From: Desulfobulbus propionicus DSM 2032
GTDB lineage: Bacteria > Desulfobacterota > Desulfobulbia > Desulfobulbales > Desulfobulbaceae
Direction: 5' to 3'
DNA: 32,000 nucleotides
Assembly (NCBI RefSeq): GCF_000186885.1
Contig: NC_014972.1
Span: 3,030,001 to 3,062,000 of the forward strand
Shown here: positions 1-8,590 of the stretch, one piece after another
Position numbering within the stretch: position 1 is the stretch's first letter
How the letters are laid out: the number at the start of each line of letters is the position of its first letter
Translations under genes and position numbers: made by a program
Notes under the pieces: generated by a model
The model's input: the letters and a program-made list of their open reading frames with translations, nothing else
What the model was told of the DNA's origin: nothing
The model's database searches: none

Positions 1-154
1 AGAGTTTATTTTAATCATAGAGGACAATTTATGTCAAATTATTTCCCCCAAGGCCAAGGATATAATCGGTCGGTCATTCGACTGTCCTTTCCGCGACGGA
101 GCATAACTCTCGTTGCGACCGTGGATACGCGTCACGGGATGCGCCCCATCAAGG

Positions 155-182
155 TTGCAAATATCATCTCACACCGTATAAT
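155..182 (+). promoter_or_regulatory. candidate sigma70-type promoter for mnmG-lgt
   Basis: TTGCAA (155-160), 16-nt spacer, perfect TATAAT (177-182), about 95 nt upstream of the mnmG ATG. Sequence match only. Confidence 0.4.
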
Positions 183-276
183 GCTTGATTTTCATGCGCC
201 TCGCACTTGGTCGGAGAGATCTATTTTGAGCGACCATACCGTGTGGCACCGACGATGCAACCAGTAAACGACAATC

Positions 277-2160
277 ATGATTGACTTTGATATCGCCGTA
301 ATAGGGGCAGGACACGCAGGATGCGAAGCCGCACTCGCCGCCGCCCGCATGGGATGCAGCACCCTGGTGTGCGTCATTAACGCAGACACCATCGGGGCCA
401 TGTCCTGCAACCCGGCCATCGGTGGACTGGCCAAGGGGCATTTGGTCAAGGAGATCGATGCATTGGGCGGTGAAATGGCAAAGAATATAGATGCCACGGG
501 CATCCAATTCCGCCGGCTGAACACCAGCAAGGGGCCAGCGGTCCGCTCGTCCAGAGCCCAGGCCGACCGCCTCCTCTACCGGTTGCGCATGAAACACATT
601 CTCGAAAATCAGCCAAATTTAGCCATTCGTCAAGCTGTGGTCGACGAAATCCTGATAGAAAACGGCCGAGTTGTCGGGTTACGTACCTCGTTGGACGAAT
701 GTGTGCGCGTCAGAGCGATCGTGGTCGCCACCGGTACTTTTCTCAATGGCCTTATCCATGTGGGCCTGAAAAACTTTCCCGCCGGCCGCATGGGCGATGC
801 GCCCTCGACGAAACTGGCCCAGTGGTTCGCCTCCACAGGCTTCACGGTTGGTCGCATGAAAACCGGGACAGTTCCCCGACTGGACGGCAACAGTATCGAC
901 TACTCCCAGCTTGTTGCCCAGTATTCCGATGAGCAGCCCGCGCTGTTTTCCTTTTCTTCCCACGGAGCGCCGCCCCTTGTCCAGAGGCCCTGCTACATCA
1001 CCTACACCAACGAACGCACCCACGACATCATTCGCCAGTCCATCCACCAATCACCGATGTATGCCGGAATCATCGAGGGAGTGGGCGCGAGATACTGTCC
1101 GTCGATCGAGGACAAGGTGATGCGCTTTCCCGAAAAAGTCCGCCATCAGATTTTCCTCGAACCCGAAGGACTCGAAACCATCGAAGTGTACCCCAACGGC
1201 ATCCCCACCAGCCTGCCGCTGGCCACCCAAATCGAGATGGTGCACTCCATTCAAGGGCTGGAGCATGCCCGTATCATCCGTCCCGGGTACGCCATCGAAT
1301 ACGATTATGTTGATCCGCGGGAGCTCAAGCCTTCACTGGAAACCAAGAAAATTGTCGGCCTTTTTCTTGCGGGGCAGATTAACGGCACTTCGGGATACGA
1401 GGAGGCTGCCGGCCAAGGCCTGATGGCGGCAATCAACAGTGTGCAGTATGTGCGTGGCGAGGAACCGGTAATCCTCGACCGATCCCAAGCCTATCTGGGG
1501 GTCCTGATTGATGACCTGGTGACCCTCGGCACCAAGGAGCCCTATCGGCTGTTCACTTCCCGCGCGGAGTACCGGCTGCTCCTGCGCGAGGATAACGCTG
1601 ACATGCGGTTGCGACCTATCGGCCATCGCATCGGCCTAGTGGATGAACCGACCTGGCACGAATTCGTCCACAAGAAAGAATATATCAGCCGGGTGCTGCA
1701 CTACTTGCATGAAACCAGAATCAAACCCGTGCCAGGAATCAATGCCTTTCTCGCCGCCCACAATGCGCCGGCCCTCTCCCAGGCCATGACGCTGGCGGAA
1801 CTGCTCCGCCGGCCAGAGATCAGACTGCACATGCTTGCCCAAATGAGCCGGGCAGTCGACAGCCTTCCGCCCTTTCCGGAAGAAGCGCTTGCCTTCCACG
1901 ACGAGATCGAACTGCAGATCAAGTACGAAGGCTATATCAAAAGGCAGGAAGAGCAAATTTCCCGCTTTAAAAAGCTGGAAAGCATCGAACTGCCGCCCGG
2001 ACTCGTGTACAAGGGACTCCCTGGCCTTTCCAATGAAGTGGTGGAAAAACTAACTAGAGTCCAGCCCCGTTCACTTGGCCAGGCCTCCAGAATCTCCGGG
2101 GTGACACCAGCGGCACTCTCCGTGCTCCAGGTTCACCTGAAACGGCTTGGCCTTTTATGA
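277..2160 (+). CDS. mnmG: tRNA uridine 5-carboxymethylaminomethyl modification enzyme MnmG (GidA)
   Basis: ATG at 277, 627 aa. N-terminal FAD dinucleotide-binding motif [22 protein letters not shown], internal [21 protein letters not shown]-terminal [14 protein letters not shown]. Length and layout are colinear with MnmG. Confidence 0.97.
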   Translation: MIDFDIAVIGAGHAGCEAALAAARMGCSTLVCVINADTIGAMSCNPAIGGLAKGHLVKEIDALGGEMAKNIDATGIQFRRLNTSKGPAVRSSRAQADRLLYRLRMKHILENQPNLAIRQAVVDEILIENGRVVGLRTSLDECVRVRAIVVATGTFLNGLIHVGLKNFPAGRMGDAPSTKLAQWFASTGFTVGRMKTGTVPRLDGNSIDYSQLVAQYSDEQPALFSFSSHGAPPLVQRPCYITYTNERTHDIIRQSIHQSPMYAGIIEGVGARYCPSIEDKVMRFPEKVRHQIFLEPEGLETIEVYPNGIPTSLPLATQIEMVHSIQGLEHARIIRPGYAIEYDYVDPRELKPSLETKKIVGLFLAGQINGTSGYEEAAGQGLMAAINSVQYVRGEEPVILDRSQAYLGVLIDDLVTLGTKEPYRLFTSRAEYRLLLREDNADMRLRPIGHRIGLVDEPTWHEFVHKKEYISRVLHYLHETRIKPVPGINAFLAAHNAPALSQAMTLAELLRRPEIRLHMLAQMSRAVDSLPPFPEEALAFHDEIELQIKYEGYIKRQEEQISRFKKLESIELPPGLVYKGLPGLSNEVVEKLTRVQPRSLGQASRISGVTPAALSVLQVHLKRLGLL

Positions 2161-2172
2161 TCACCATCCCCA

Positions 2173-3012
2173 ATGCTTGAATTCCCCTCGATAAATCCGG
2201 TCCTTCTCAGCTTTGGCTCTCTGCAGATTCGCTGGTATGGCCTGATGTACGTCATCGGCTTCAGTTGCGCCTATCTGCTGGTCGTTCACCAGGCAAAAAA
2301 ATTCGCCTGGAAACAAATGCTCACCCATGTCGACAACCTTAACCTCGCCCTGATTATCGGCGTGATTATCGGTGGACGGCTGGGATATGTGCTCCTCTAC
2401 AACCCGATGCATTATCTGATGCATCCCATGGAAATACCCGCTATTTGGTCCGGAGGCATGTCCTTTCATGGTGGCTGCCTGGGGGCACTGCTCACCGGCG
2501 CGTTGTATTGCCGCAAACAGGGATTGGACTATTGGCGGGCTGCGGATCTCTTCATCGCCACCGCACCCATCGGTCTTTTTTTCGGACGGTTGGGCAATTT
2601 TATCAATGGCGAACTCTATGGACGCATCAGCACCGCGCCGTGGGCCATGGTCTTCCCGGATGGCGGACCTTTGCCCCGACATCCTTCCCAGTTGTACGAA
2701 GCGGCGCTTGAAGGATTGCTTCTGTTTCTGCTTTTATGGGGCATGAAAGCCAACCCCTGGCATCAGCCGAAGAAACGACTCTGGCCACATGGGAGCATGC
2801 TGTCCCTCTTTCTCATTGGATACGGCTGCTGCCGATTCTTGGTCGAATTTTTCCGCGAACCCGATGCGCAACTCGGTTTTATTATCGGTCTCTTTTCCAT
2901 GGGTCAGGTGCTTTGCTTGCTGATGGTGGTGGCGGGAACAGCCCTCTGGTATGCGCGGATAACAGCGCAAACGGAAAAAGCAACCGTTCACCCCCCCCCC
3001 TCAGCAACTTAA
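2173..3012 (+). CDS. lgt: prolipoprotein diacylglyceryl transferase Lgt
   Basis: ATG at 2173, 12 nt after the mnmG stop. 279-aa polytopic membrane protein with Lgt signatures IRWYGLMYVIGF, GGRLGYV, GGMSFHGG, FGRLGNFINGELYGR, HPSQLYEA. Confidence 0.95.
   Translation: MLEFPSINPVLLSFGSLQIRWYGLMYVIGFSCAYLLVVHQAKKFAWKQMLTHVDNLNLALIIGVIIGGRLGYVLLYNPMHYLMHPMEIPAIWSGGMSFHGGCLGALLTGALYCRKQGLDYWRAADLFIATAPIGLFFGRLGNFINGELYGRISTAPWAMVFPDGGPLPRHPSQLYEAALEGLLLFLLLWGMKANPWHQPKKRLWPHGSMLSLFLIGYGCCRFLVEFFREPDAQLGFIIGLFSMGQVLCLLMVVAGTALWYARITAQTEKATVHPPPSAT
2991..3000 (+). repeat. homopolymeric C10 tract inside the last codons of lgt (encodes PPP)
   Basis: Direct count: a2990, c2991-c3000, t3001. Codons are cac ccc ccc ccc tca gca act taa. 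Confidence 0.95.
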
Positions 3013-3287
3013 TCGCAGAGGATTTTTCCAGCAAGCTCCTTACCGGGACGAAATTTCACCACACGACGCGGAGGAATGGGCACCGTCTCTCCAGTCTTCG
3101 GGTTTCTCCCTTTTCTGGGAGCACGATCCACCACCGAAAAGCTGCCGAAACCAACCAACGTAACCCTTTTTCCCTCTGTGATTGCCGCAGACAAGGTTGA
3201 CAACAAACCATTGAGACCACGTTCCGCGGCGATTTTGCTGATTTGCGCTGAATGCGCGATAGATTCAATAAGATCGCTCTTATTCAT
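3009..3287 (-). CDS. hup: HU/IHF-family nucleoid-associated DNA-binding protein
   Basis: 92 aa. ATG at 3287 is preceded by GAGGAGG. HU signature GFGSFSVVDRAPRKGRNPKTGE and beta-arm RRVVKFRPGK. The stop overlaps the lgt stop in a shared TTAA. Confidence 0.93.
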   Translation of the reverse strand: MNKSDLIESIAHSAQISKIAAERGLNGLLSTLSAAITEGKRVTLVGFGSFSVVDRAPRKGRNPKTGETVPIPPRRVVKFRPGKELAGKILCD

Positions 3288-3514
3288 GTTTTCCTCCTCG
3301 CCTGATGTTCATTGATCGCCCCATTCCGCACCAGAAAAAAAGCCGGACACGTCTTCAGAGACGTTGCAATAAATCTCAGGGAGGAGAAAAAAACAATTGT
3401 CGGAACTACCTATTTCTTTGTAGGTAGATTTACCTAACGAGGAAAATAGTAGAGAAAAATAAAATAAATAGAAGCAAAGACCGTGGTGGTCCCGATACAA
3501 ATAATGCAAGAAAA

Positions 3515-4192
3515 TTATTTTTCGGGAAAAAGCACTGCATTGCGGACCACGTGATTGACCAGGTCCACGGTGTTTTTCATTTTGAATTTTTTCAATAAGT
3601 TTGCCCTGTGGTGATCAATGGTCCTGGGGCTTAACTGCAATATCTCGCCAATTTCCTTGCTGGAGCACCCCTGCACCACCAACTTGAGCACCTGCTTCTC
3701 CCGTTCGCTGAGGATGACATACGGGACTGTGCCCGGCTGACGAAACGCGGTGAGCGCTTCATCGGTGACCTCAGAAAACAACTGCGATGAAATGTACGTT
3801 TTCCCCGATCTGATGGCTTCAATGGCCGCAAGCAATTCGGCGTCCGAATCATCCTTAATCAGATACCCTTGGGCACCCGCGGCAATGGCTTGGTAAAAAT
3901 ACTGCTTGTTGGCGTGCATGGTCAGGACGAGGATGTCGACCGCTGGATACTGCTTTCGGATGGCGGAAACAGCTTCAATACCGTTTAAATGGGGCATGGT
4001 GATATCCACAATCACCATGTCCGGCACCTCCTCCCGCAGAAGCCCAAGCAATTCCACGCCGTCGCTGGCTTCGGCAACGATCTGCAGGGCTGGATTCTTG
4101 CAAACAAGACTCTTGAGTCCTTGCCTGATCAGACTATGGTCGTCAGCGACAACAATGCGGTATCGTTGCTGCATGCAATCCCAATCCTTCAT
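3515..4192 (-). CDS. NarL/FixJ (LuxR-HTH) family response regulator, orphan (no adjacent sensor kinase)
   Basis: Receiver domain: RIVVADDH, acceptor Asp in MVIVDITMP, LVLTMH, YLIKD. C-terminal LuxR/GerE HTH: LSEREKQVLKLVVQGCSSKEIGEILQLSPRTIDHHRANLLKK. The start is ATG 4192 or ATG 4174 (M7). It lies 6-24 nt downstream of the Nth-ExoA stop. Confidence 0.9.
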   Translation of the reverse strand: MKDWDCMQQRYRIVVADDHSLIRQGLKSLVCKNPALQIVAEASDGVELLGLLREEVPDMVIVDITMPHLNGIEAVSAIRKQYPAVDILVLTMHANKQYFYQAIAAGAQGYLIKDDSDAELLAAIEAIRSGKTYISSQLFSEVTDEALTAFRQPGTVPYVILSEREKQVLKLVVQGCSSKEIGEILQLSPRTIDHHRANLLKKFKMKNTVDLVNHVVRNAVLFPEK

Positions 4193-4198
4193 CTGCTT

Positions 4199-5662
4199 TT
4201 ACCGGAACAGGAGGCTGACGGGGCAGTGATCGGAACCGGTTATTTCACCGTGGATGGCGGCTTCGAGCACGCGATCCCTGCTTGATCCATCAACAATGAA
4301 GTAGTCGATTCTCCACCCAATATTTTTTGCCCGTGCGTTAAAACGATAACTCCACCACGTATACTGCCCCGCTTCCTGATTGAATTGGCGAAACGTATCA
4401 ACATAGCCAGCGGCGATGAGTTCATCCATCCAGGCGCGCTCTTGCTCGGAAAAACCTGGATTTTTCACGTTTGCCTTGGGGTTGGCAAGGTCAATCTCCT
4501 TGTGGGCGACATTCAAGTCGCCGCAGAGCACAACGGTCTTCTCCGAGCGGAGGCGATCCATATAGGCCAAGAGGGTGCGATTGAATTCCTGCTTGAAGGC
4601 TAACCGTTTCAGCTCAGGCTGGGCATTGGGCGAATAGGTATTGATCAAATAAAAATCCGGGTATTCAAGGGTCAGCACTCGCCCTTCGTCGTCAAATTGC
4701 GGCTGCTCCATTCCATAGAGCACCCGCAAGGGCGGTATTTTACTGAAAACCGCTGTGCCGGCATACCCTTTCTTTTTGGCCGAATGCCAAAAACTCTGAT
4801 ATCCTGAAACGTTGCGCAACTGATCGTCCAATTGATCCGGATGTGCTTTGATCTCCTGCAGGGCAAGGATATCGGCGTCGAGCTCATGCAGGACATCGAG
4901 AAAGCCGTTTTTGGCCACCGCTCGAAGACCATTGACATTCCAGGAAATCAACTTTCTTTCGTCCCGTCCCTGTCGCACAGTTCCTCCCTGCTGTTTTTTT
5001 CGAGGCGTTACCCCTAGGCGGGGACAATAGGCGGCAATAACGCAACGGTCACAATGAGGGCGTTGCGGCTTGCACGTTCCTTGACCAAAGGCGACCAACA
5101 GGCCGTTGATTCGGATCCAATACTGCCGGGGCAGCTTTTGCCGCAGGACCATCTCAGTTTGCAACGGCGTCGTCGTCTGCACGTAGCCCCAGATATTCAT
5201 AATCCGATGGACGTGGGTATCGACGCAGATCGCCGGTTTGTGAAAGGCGACGGCAACCACCAGATTGGCGGTCTTTCGCCCCACTCCCGGTAACTGGACA
5301 AGCGAATCTATGTCATCGGGAACAACCCCGCCGAACCGTTGCAGCGCGCCTGGCAATTCGCCGAGATGTTTTGCCTTGGTTCGAAAAAACCCAACGGGAT
5401 AGATGAGCTGTTCCACATCCGCAACCGTCAACGTCGCCAGCTCAGCGGCGGTGCTCGCCCGGGCGAACAGTCGACGGGCAGCCGCCGCTGTCACCTCGTC
5501 CTTGGTTCGGGCCGACAGGATGGTGGCCACCAGCACTTTGAACGGATCGTTTGTCTGGGTGGCAATCAAGTCAACGACCGGAACATCGTAGCTGCTGACC
5601 TCGCGCTCAAGAATGGGAATAACCGTGTCGATGGGGAAAATCATTTCAAATGGCGTGATCAA
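4199..5662 (-). CDS. bifunctional fusion: endonuclease III (HhH-GPD glycosylase/AP lyase with 4Fe-4S loop) + ExoA/Ape1-type exodeoxyribonuclease III (EEP fold)
   Basis: One uninterrupted 487-aa ORF. N-terminal half: HhH LPGVGRKTANLV, catalytic Asp in CVDTHVHR, and C-x6-C-x2-C-x5-C (CKPQRPHCDRCVIAAYC). C-terminal half matches full-length ExoA: KLISWNVNGLRAV, LQEIK, GDLNVAH, WWSYR, GWRIDY, GSDHCPV. The first codon is TTG (5662). An alternative ATG lies at 5644 (M7). Confidence 0.9.
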   Translation of the reverse strand: MITPFEMIFPIDTVIPILEREVSSYDVPVVDLIATQTNDPFKVLVATILSARTKDEVTAAAARRLFARASTAAELATLTVADVEQLIYPVGFFRTKAKHLGELPGALQRFGGVVPDDIDSLVQLPGVGRKTANLVVAVAFHKPAICVDTHVHRIMNIWGYVQTTTPLQTEMVLRQKLPRQYWIRINGLLVAFGQGTCKPQRPHCDRCVIAAYCPRLGVTPRKKQQGGTVRQGRDERKLISWNVNGLRAVAKNGFLDVLHELDADILALQEIKAHPDQLDDQLRNVSGYQSFWHSAKKKGYAGTAVFSKIPPLRVLYGMEQPQFDDEGRVLTLEYPDFYLINTYSPNAQPELKRLAFKQEFNRTLLAYMDRLRSEKTVVLCGDLNVAHKEIDLANPKANVKNPGFSEQERAWMDELIAAGYVDTFRQFNQEAGQYTWWSYRFNARAKNIGWRIDYFIVDGSSRDRVLEAAIHGEITGSDHCPVSLLFR

Positions 5663-5800
5663 ACGATGTATGGCCCCTCAGTCATTGCATAACTGGCACA
5701 ATCCTCCAGATGGAAATAACAGGGATGCCTCGCTTGAGCAAGAGTTCTGAGATTCGCGCTCGAAAGAAAAAACCTGTGAACCAAAAGCTCACGGAGCGCG

Positions 5801-5839
5801 AAAAAAAACGCCCATTCCCTGTACCACAGGGAATGGGCG
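5801..5839 (-). terminator. rho-independent terminator of the carbonic anhydrase gene
   Basis: Perfect 13-bp stem cgcccattccctg (5809-5821) / cagggaatgggcg (5827-5839) with a 5-nt loop. On the minus strand it is followed by T8 (A8 at 5801-5808). The hairpin starts 18 nt after the stop codon. Confidence 0.88.
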
Positions 5840-5857
5840 AATGACGGTGATGTGCGG

Positions 5858-6466
5858 TTAAAAAATTCCTTGGCTGAGCATGGAGACTTCACCGCTTTCC
5901 AGATCGTAATAGGTGGCCACGACCAAAACGCGCCCCTCTTTTACAAGATCCGCTACAATCGGTTCGGATTCTTCGATTTTCCTTGCAGTGGTCACGGCAA
6001 GTTCCTTGGCCGCGTTGTTTGTCCAGTGTCCTTCCAATCCTTTGGTTTTTTTCAAGGCCGCATCAATGGAGGGCGTGAGGCTGGCAATGTGGCCGCTCAG
6101 CTTGACCCCCTGCGCGACGGCGGTCACCGCTCCACACGAGGAATGCCCCATGACCATGACCAGAGGGGTATGCAGATGGGAGACCGCGTATTCAATGCTG
6201 CCAAGGATATGATCGTTGATGATGTTACCGGCTACTCGGACGACAAAAATATCACCCAAGCCTTGGTCGAAAACATCGACAGGCGGTACGCGCGAATCGG
6301 CACAGGTGAGCACCACGGCAATCGGTTCTTGTCCAGAGACCAAACCTTTTCTCGACTCTTCACAATGGTTGGGGTGTTCGAGTTTGCCGGAAAGAAATCG
6401 TTTATTTCCATCAAGTAATCGCTGGAGCGCTTCTTTTCCTGTGAGCTGTCTTCTTGCTGACTGCAT
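5858..6466 (-). CDS. beta-class carbonic anhydrase
   Basis: 202 aa. ATG at 6466 is preceded by AGAGGA. Zinc-ligand motifs CADSRVPP and HSSCGAV, plus the N-terminal LLDGNKRF typical of beta-CA. Confidence 0.92.
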   Translation of the reverse strand: MQSARRQLTGKEALQRLLDGNKRFLSGKLEHPNHCEESRKGLVSGQEPIAVVLTCADSRVPPVDVFDQGLGDIFVVRVAGNIINDHILGSIEYAVSHLHTPLVMVMGHSSCGAVTAVAQGVKLSGHIASLTPSIDAALKKTKGLEGHWTNNAAKELAVTTARKIEESEPIVADLVKEGRVLVVATYYDLESGEVSMLSQGIF

Positions 6467-6679
6467 TGTCCAAGTCCTCTTTGTGGTCAGAGTTTTGTTT
6501 CATAGGGAACAAACAATAGGCCATGGGGGCTTTTCGCATTTCATTCCGGTGAATGAAGCGCAAAAACATATCAGCAAGAGTGAATTTTAGCCACAGGGAA
6601 AATGAATGGAGGCGAAAAAGCCATCGTGTCGGCGGCCCTCTCATCGGAAAAAAACACAACGGTCGCCAGCGAGGCAGCC

Positions 6680-7567
6680 TCACTGCTCACTGTAATAATA
6701 ATCCTGTTGGTACTCGTAGTAACCAAACACCTTGTAATCGAGCATCGTTGCTTTATAGGCATTGAAAACCACGCCGAGAATCTTGTCCCTACCGATGGCG
6801 TCGGCCAAGGCTTTGACGTATTCTCGACGGGAAGCGCCATAGCGCACGACCAGGATGACCCCGTCCACATGCTGGGCAAGCACAGCGGTTTCACTGGCAG
6901 CATGGAGTGGCGGGCTGTCCAAAAGCACAATACGGTCATCATAACGCTTGGCCAACTCATCAACCAAACTGATCATGGACGCCGACCCGAGGAGTTCGGC
7001 GGGATTGATGGATCGGGGGCCGGCTTGCAAGATGGAAAGCTTCTCCACCCCCGACGAGACGAGGAGCTCGGAGAGTTTTTTCTTGTGTTGCAGATAATCG
7101 GCAAGCCCGGAACGGTTGCTCAACCCGAAAAGCGTATGCTGCGCTGGCCGGCGCAGATCACAATCCACCAGCAGGCAATAATTATCCACCCCCTGCGCCA
7201 GAGAGATCCCCAAATTGGCGCAAATAAAACTTTTTCCTTCTCCTGGAGAAGCGCTGGTCACCAGGATACTGCGAGGGATCGGTCCCGAATTGGGGTAGAG
7301 AATACGCGTCCGCAGCGCTCGGATACTCTCCGCCACTGGTCCGGTTGTAACGGTGGCCAGGGAAAGACGATCATCCCACCGCCCCTGTCGGGGAGATTGC
7401 CGGTCAGCGGCCTCGTCTTCATGCGTGTGGCCAGTTTCCCTGGAATCGACTTCAGGAAAATTTTGGCTTTCAAGCGCAACCTGCTCCGCAGCACTCGGTA
7501 CAGTGTCTTCCGATGCGTCGACCCGTTTCAAGGCGTTGAATACCTTACCCACAATATCCTCCGACAA
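6680..7567 (-). CDS. bacterial tyrosine autokinase (BY-kinase, CpsD/CapB-type cytoplasmic subunit; EPS/PEP-CTERM-locus type)
   Basis: Walker A SPGEGKS, Walker A' LLVDCDLRRP, Walker B RIVLLDSPP. C-terminal tyrosine cluster YKVFGYYEYQQDYYYSEQ. The first in-frame start is TTG 7567. GTG 7552 has a better SD (GGAGGA). Confidence 0.88.
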   Translation of the reverse strand: MSEDIVGKVFNALKRVDASEDTVPSAAEQVALESQNFPEVDSRETGHTHEDEAADRQSPRQGRWDDRLSLATVTTGPVAESIRALRTRILYPNSGPIPRSILVTSASPGEGKSFICANLGISLAQGVDNYCLLVDCDLRRPAQHTLFGLSNRSGLADYLQHKKKLSELLVSSGVEKLSILQAGPRSINPAELLGSASMISLVDELAKRYDDRIVLLDSPPLHAASETAVLAQHVDGVILVVRYGASRREYVKALADAIGRDKILGVVFNAYKATMLDYKVFGYYEYQQDYYYSEQ

Positions 7568-7623
7568 TCATAAAAAAAGCCTTTCTTCCAGTCCCCTTTG
7601 TTCAACTCGAAACGCTCTGCGTG

Positions 7624-8553
7624 TCACCGATAGTATCGCCACAAAAAAATCGCCAAGAGAAGACAGAAAAGCGTGGCTCCGCCAAGGATTGCCGTCACCT
7701 TGAATGTATTGGATTTGTTTGGATTGGCGATGGGGAGAGGGTTCGCCTCGCCCGGAAAATGCAGATCGGCCACGCTCTCTTCGATCAGCTCGGCGCCAAT
7801 GACCGGTTTGTTTTCGGCAAACCCTGTAAGCAGGGCGTGATCACAGATGATGTTAATCAATCTCGGAGTGCCCTGGCTCACCTTGTGAATCATGGCGATG
7901 GCATCCTCGGAAAAGATGTTGAAATGGCGGGCACCGGCATGGCGGAGCCGAAAAAGGATATACTGCCTGGTTTCATCCAAGGTAAAACGGCTGAGATGAA
8001 ATCGAATGCCGATTCGCTGCCGCAGGGGCAACAACCGGTCGTCGCTCATCCGTTCATTGAGTTCCGGCTGTCCCACCAGAAAGATGGAGAGGACATCCTG
8101 ACCTTTCTCTTCAAGATTGGAAAGCAGGCGAATCTCCTCCAACAGATCAACGGGAAGAACATGGGCCTCGTCAAAAATCAGCAAGACCCGCTCGTCCTTC
8201 TTGTAACATTCCTTCAACAAATTGCCGAATTCGATCAGAAACATCGCCTTGTTGCCATCCCACTTAAGGCCGAGCTTCTTGGCAATGTAAGAAAAGAATT
8301 CGTCGCGATACAGGATCGGATTATTGAGCAAACAGAGATGCACATCCTGTTCAAGCGAATGAATCAGCGACTGCAGCAGGGTTGTTTTCCCCGAACCGAC
8401 ATCGGCGGTCAGCACAAGAAAACACTTTTTGCTGAGAACTCCGTATTTAAGAATCGCCAACCCTTCCTGATGAGTTTCACTCATGAACACCACGGCTGGA
8501 TCAGGGGTCAGAGCGAAGGGTTTTTTGGCAAGCCCGTAAAATTTCGTGTACAT
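7624..8553 (-). CDS. ExeA/GspA-like AAA ATPase (putative secretion ATPase of EPS/PEP-CTERM-type loci)
   Basis: 309 aa. N-terminus FYGLAKKPFALTPDP, P-loop ADVGSGKTTLL, Walker B LLIFDEAH, C-terminal hydrophobic anchor ILGGATLFCLLLAIFLW. Confidence 0.85.
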   Translation of the reverse strand: MYTKFYGLAKKPFALTPDPAVVFMSETHQEGLAILKYGVLSKKCFLVLTADVGSGKTTLLQSLIHSLEQDVHLCLLNNPILYRDEFFSYIAKKLGLKWDGNKAMFLIEFGNLLKECYKKDERVLLIFDEAHVLPVDLLEEIRLLSNLEEKGQDVLSIFLVGQPELNERMSDDRLLPLRQRIGIRFHLSRFTLDETRQYILFRLRHAGARHFNIFSEDAIAMIHKVSQGTPRLINIICDHALLTGFAENKPVIGAELIEESVADLHFPGEANPLPIANPNKSNTFKVTAILGGATLFCLLLAIFLWRYYR

Positions 8554-8590
8554 GCTTAATGAACCAGGAAAAAGAAGAGTGAATATTCGG

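Noticed and set aside
120-128. DnaA-box-like 9-mer cgtggatac (7/9 to TGTGGATAA) near mnmG, raising the idea of oriC
   Set aside because: It is a single imperfect box. There is no cluster, no AT-rich unwinding element beside it, and no dnaA/dnaN context in the window.
31-267. 78-aa ORF upstream of mnmG, with an AGAGGA 6 nt before its ATG
   Set aside because: - I recognised no family.
- The sequence is Arg/His-rich and odd in composition.
- The best promoter-like element for mnmG (TTGCAA-16-TATAAT, 155-182) lies inside it.
- It is more likely mnmG leader and promoter DNA.
3309-3509. 66-aa minus-strand ORF in the hup upstream spacer
   Set aside because: It is an AT-rich, Phe/Leu/Tyr-rich translation of intergenic DNA, with no SD and no recognisable family.
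6615-6636. Possible intrinsic terminator after the BY-kinase gene (minus strand: gccgccg-aca-cgatggc followed by TTTTT)
   Set aside because: The 7-bp stem contains a mismatch and a G:U pair with a 3-nt loop, so it is too weak to call as a feature. A nearby hairpin (ttcattc-cggt-gaatgaa, about 6539-6557) has no U-run.
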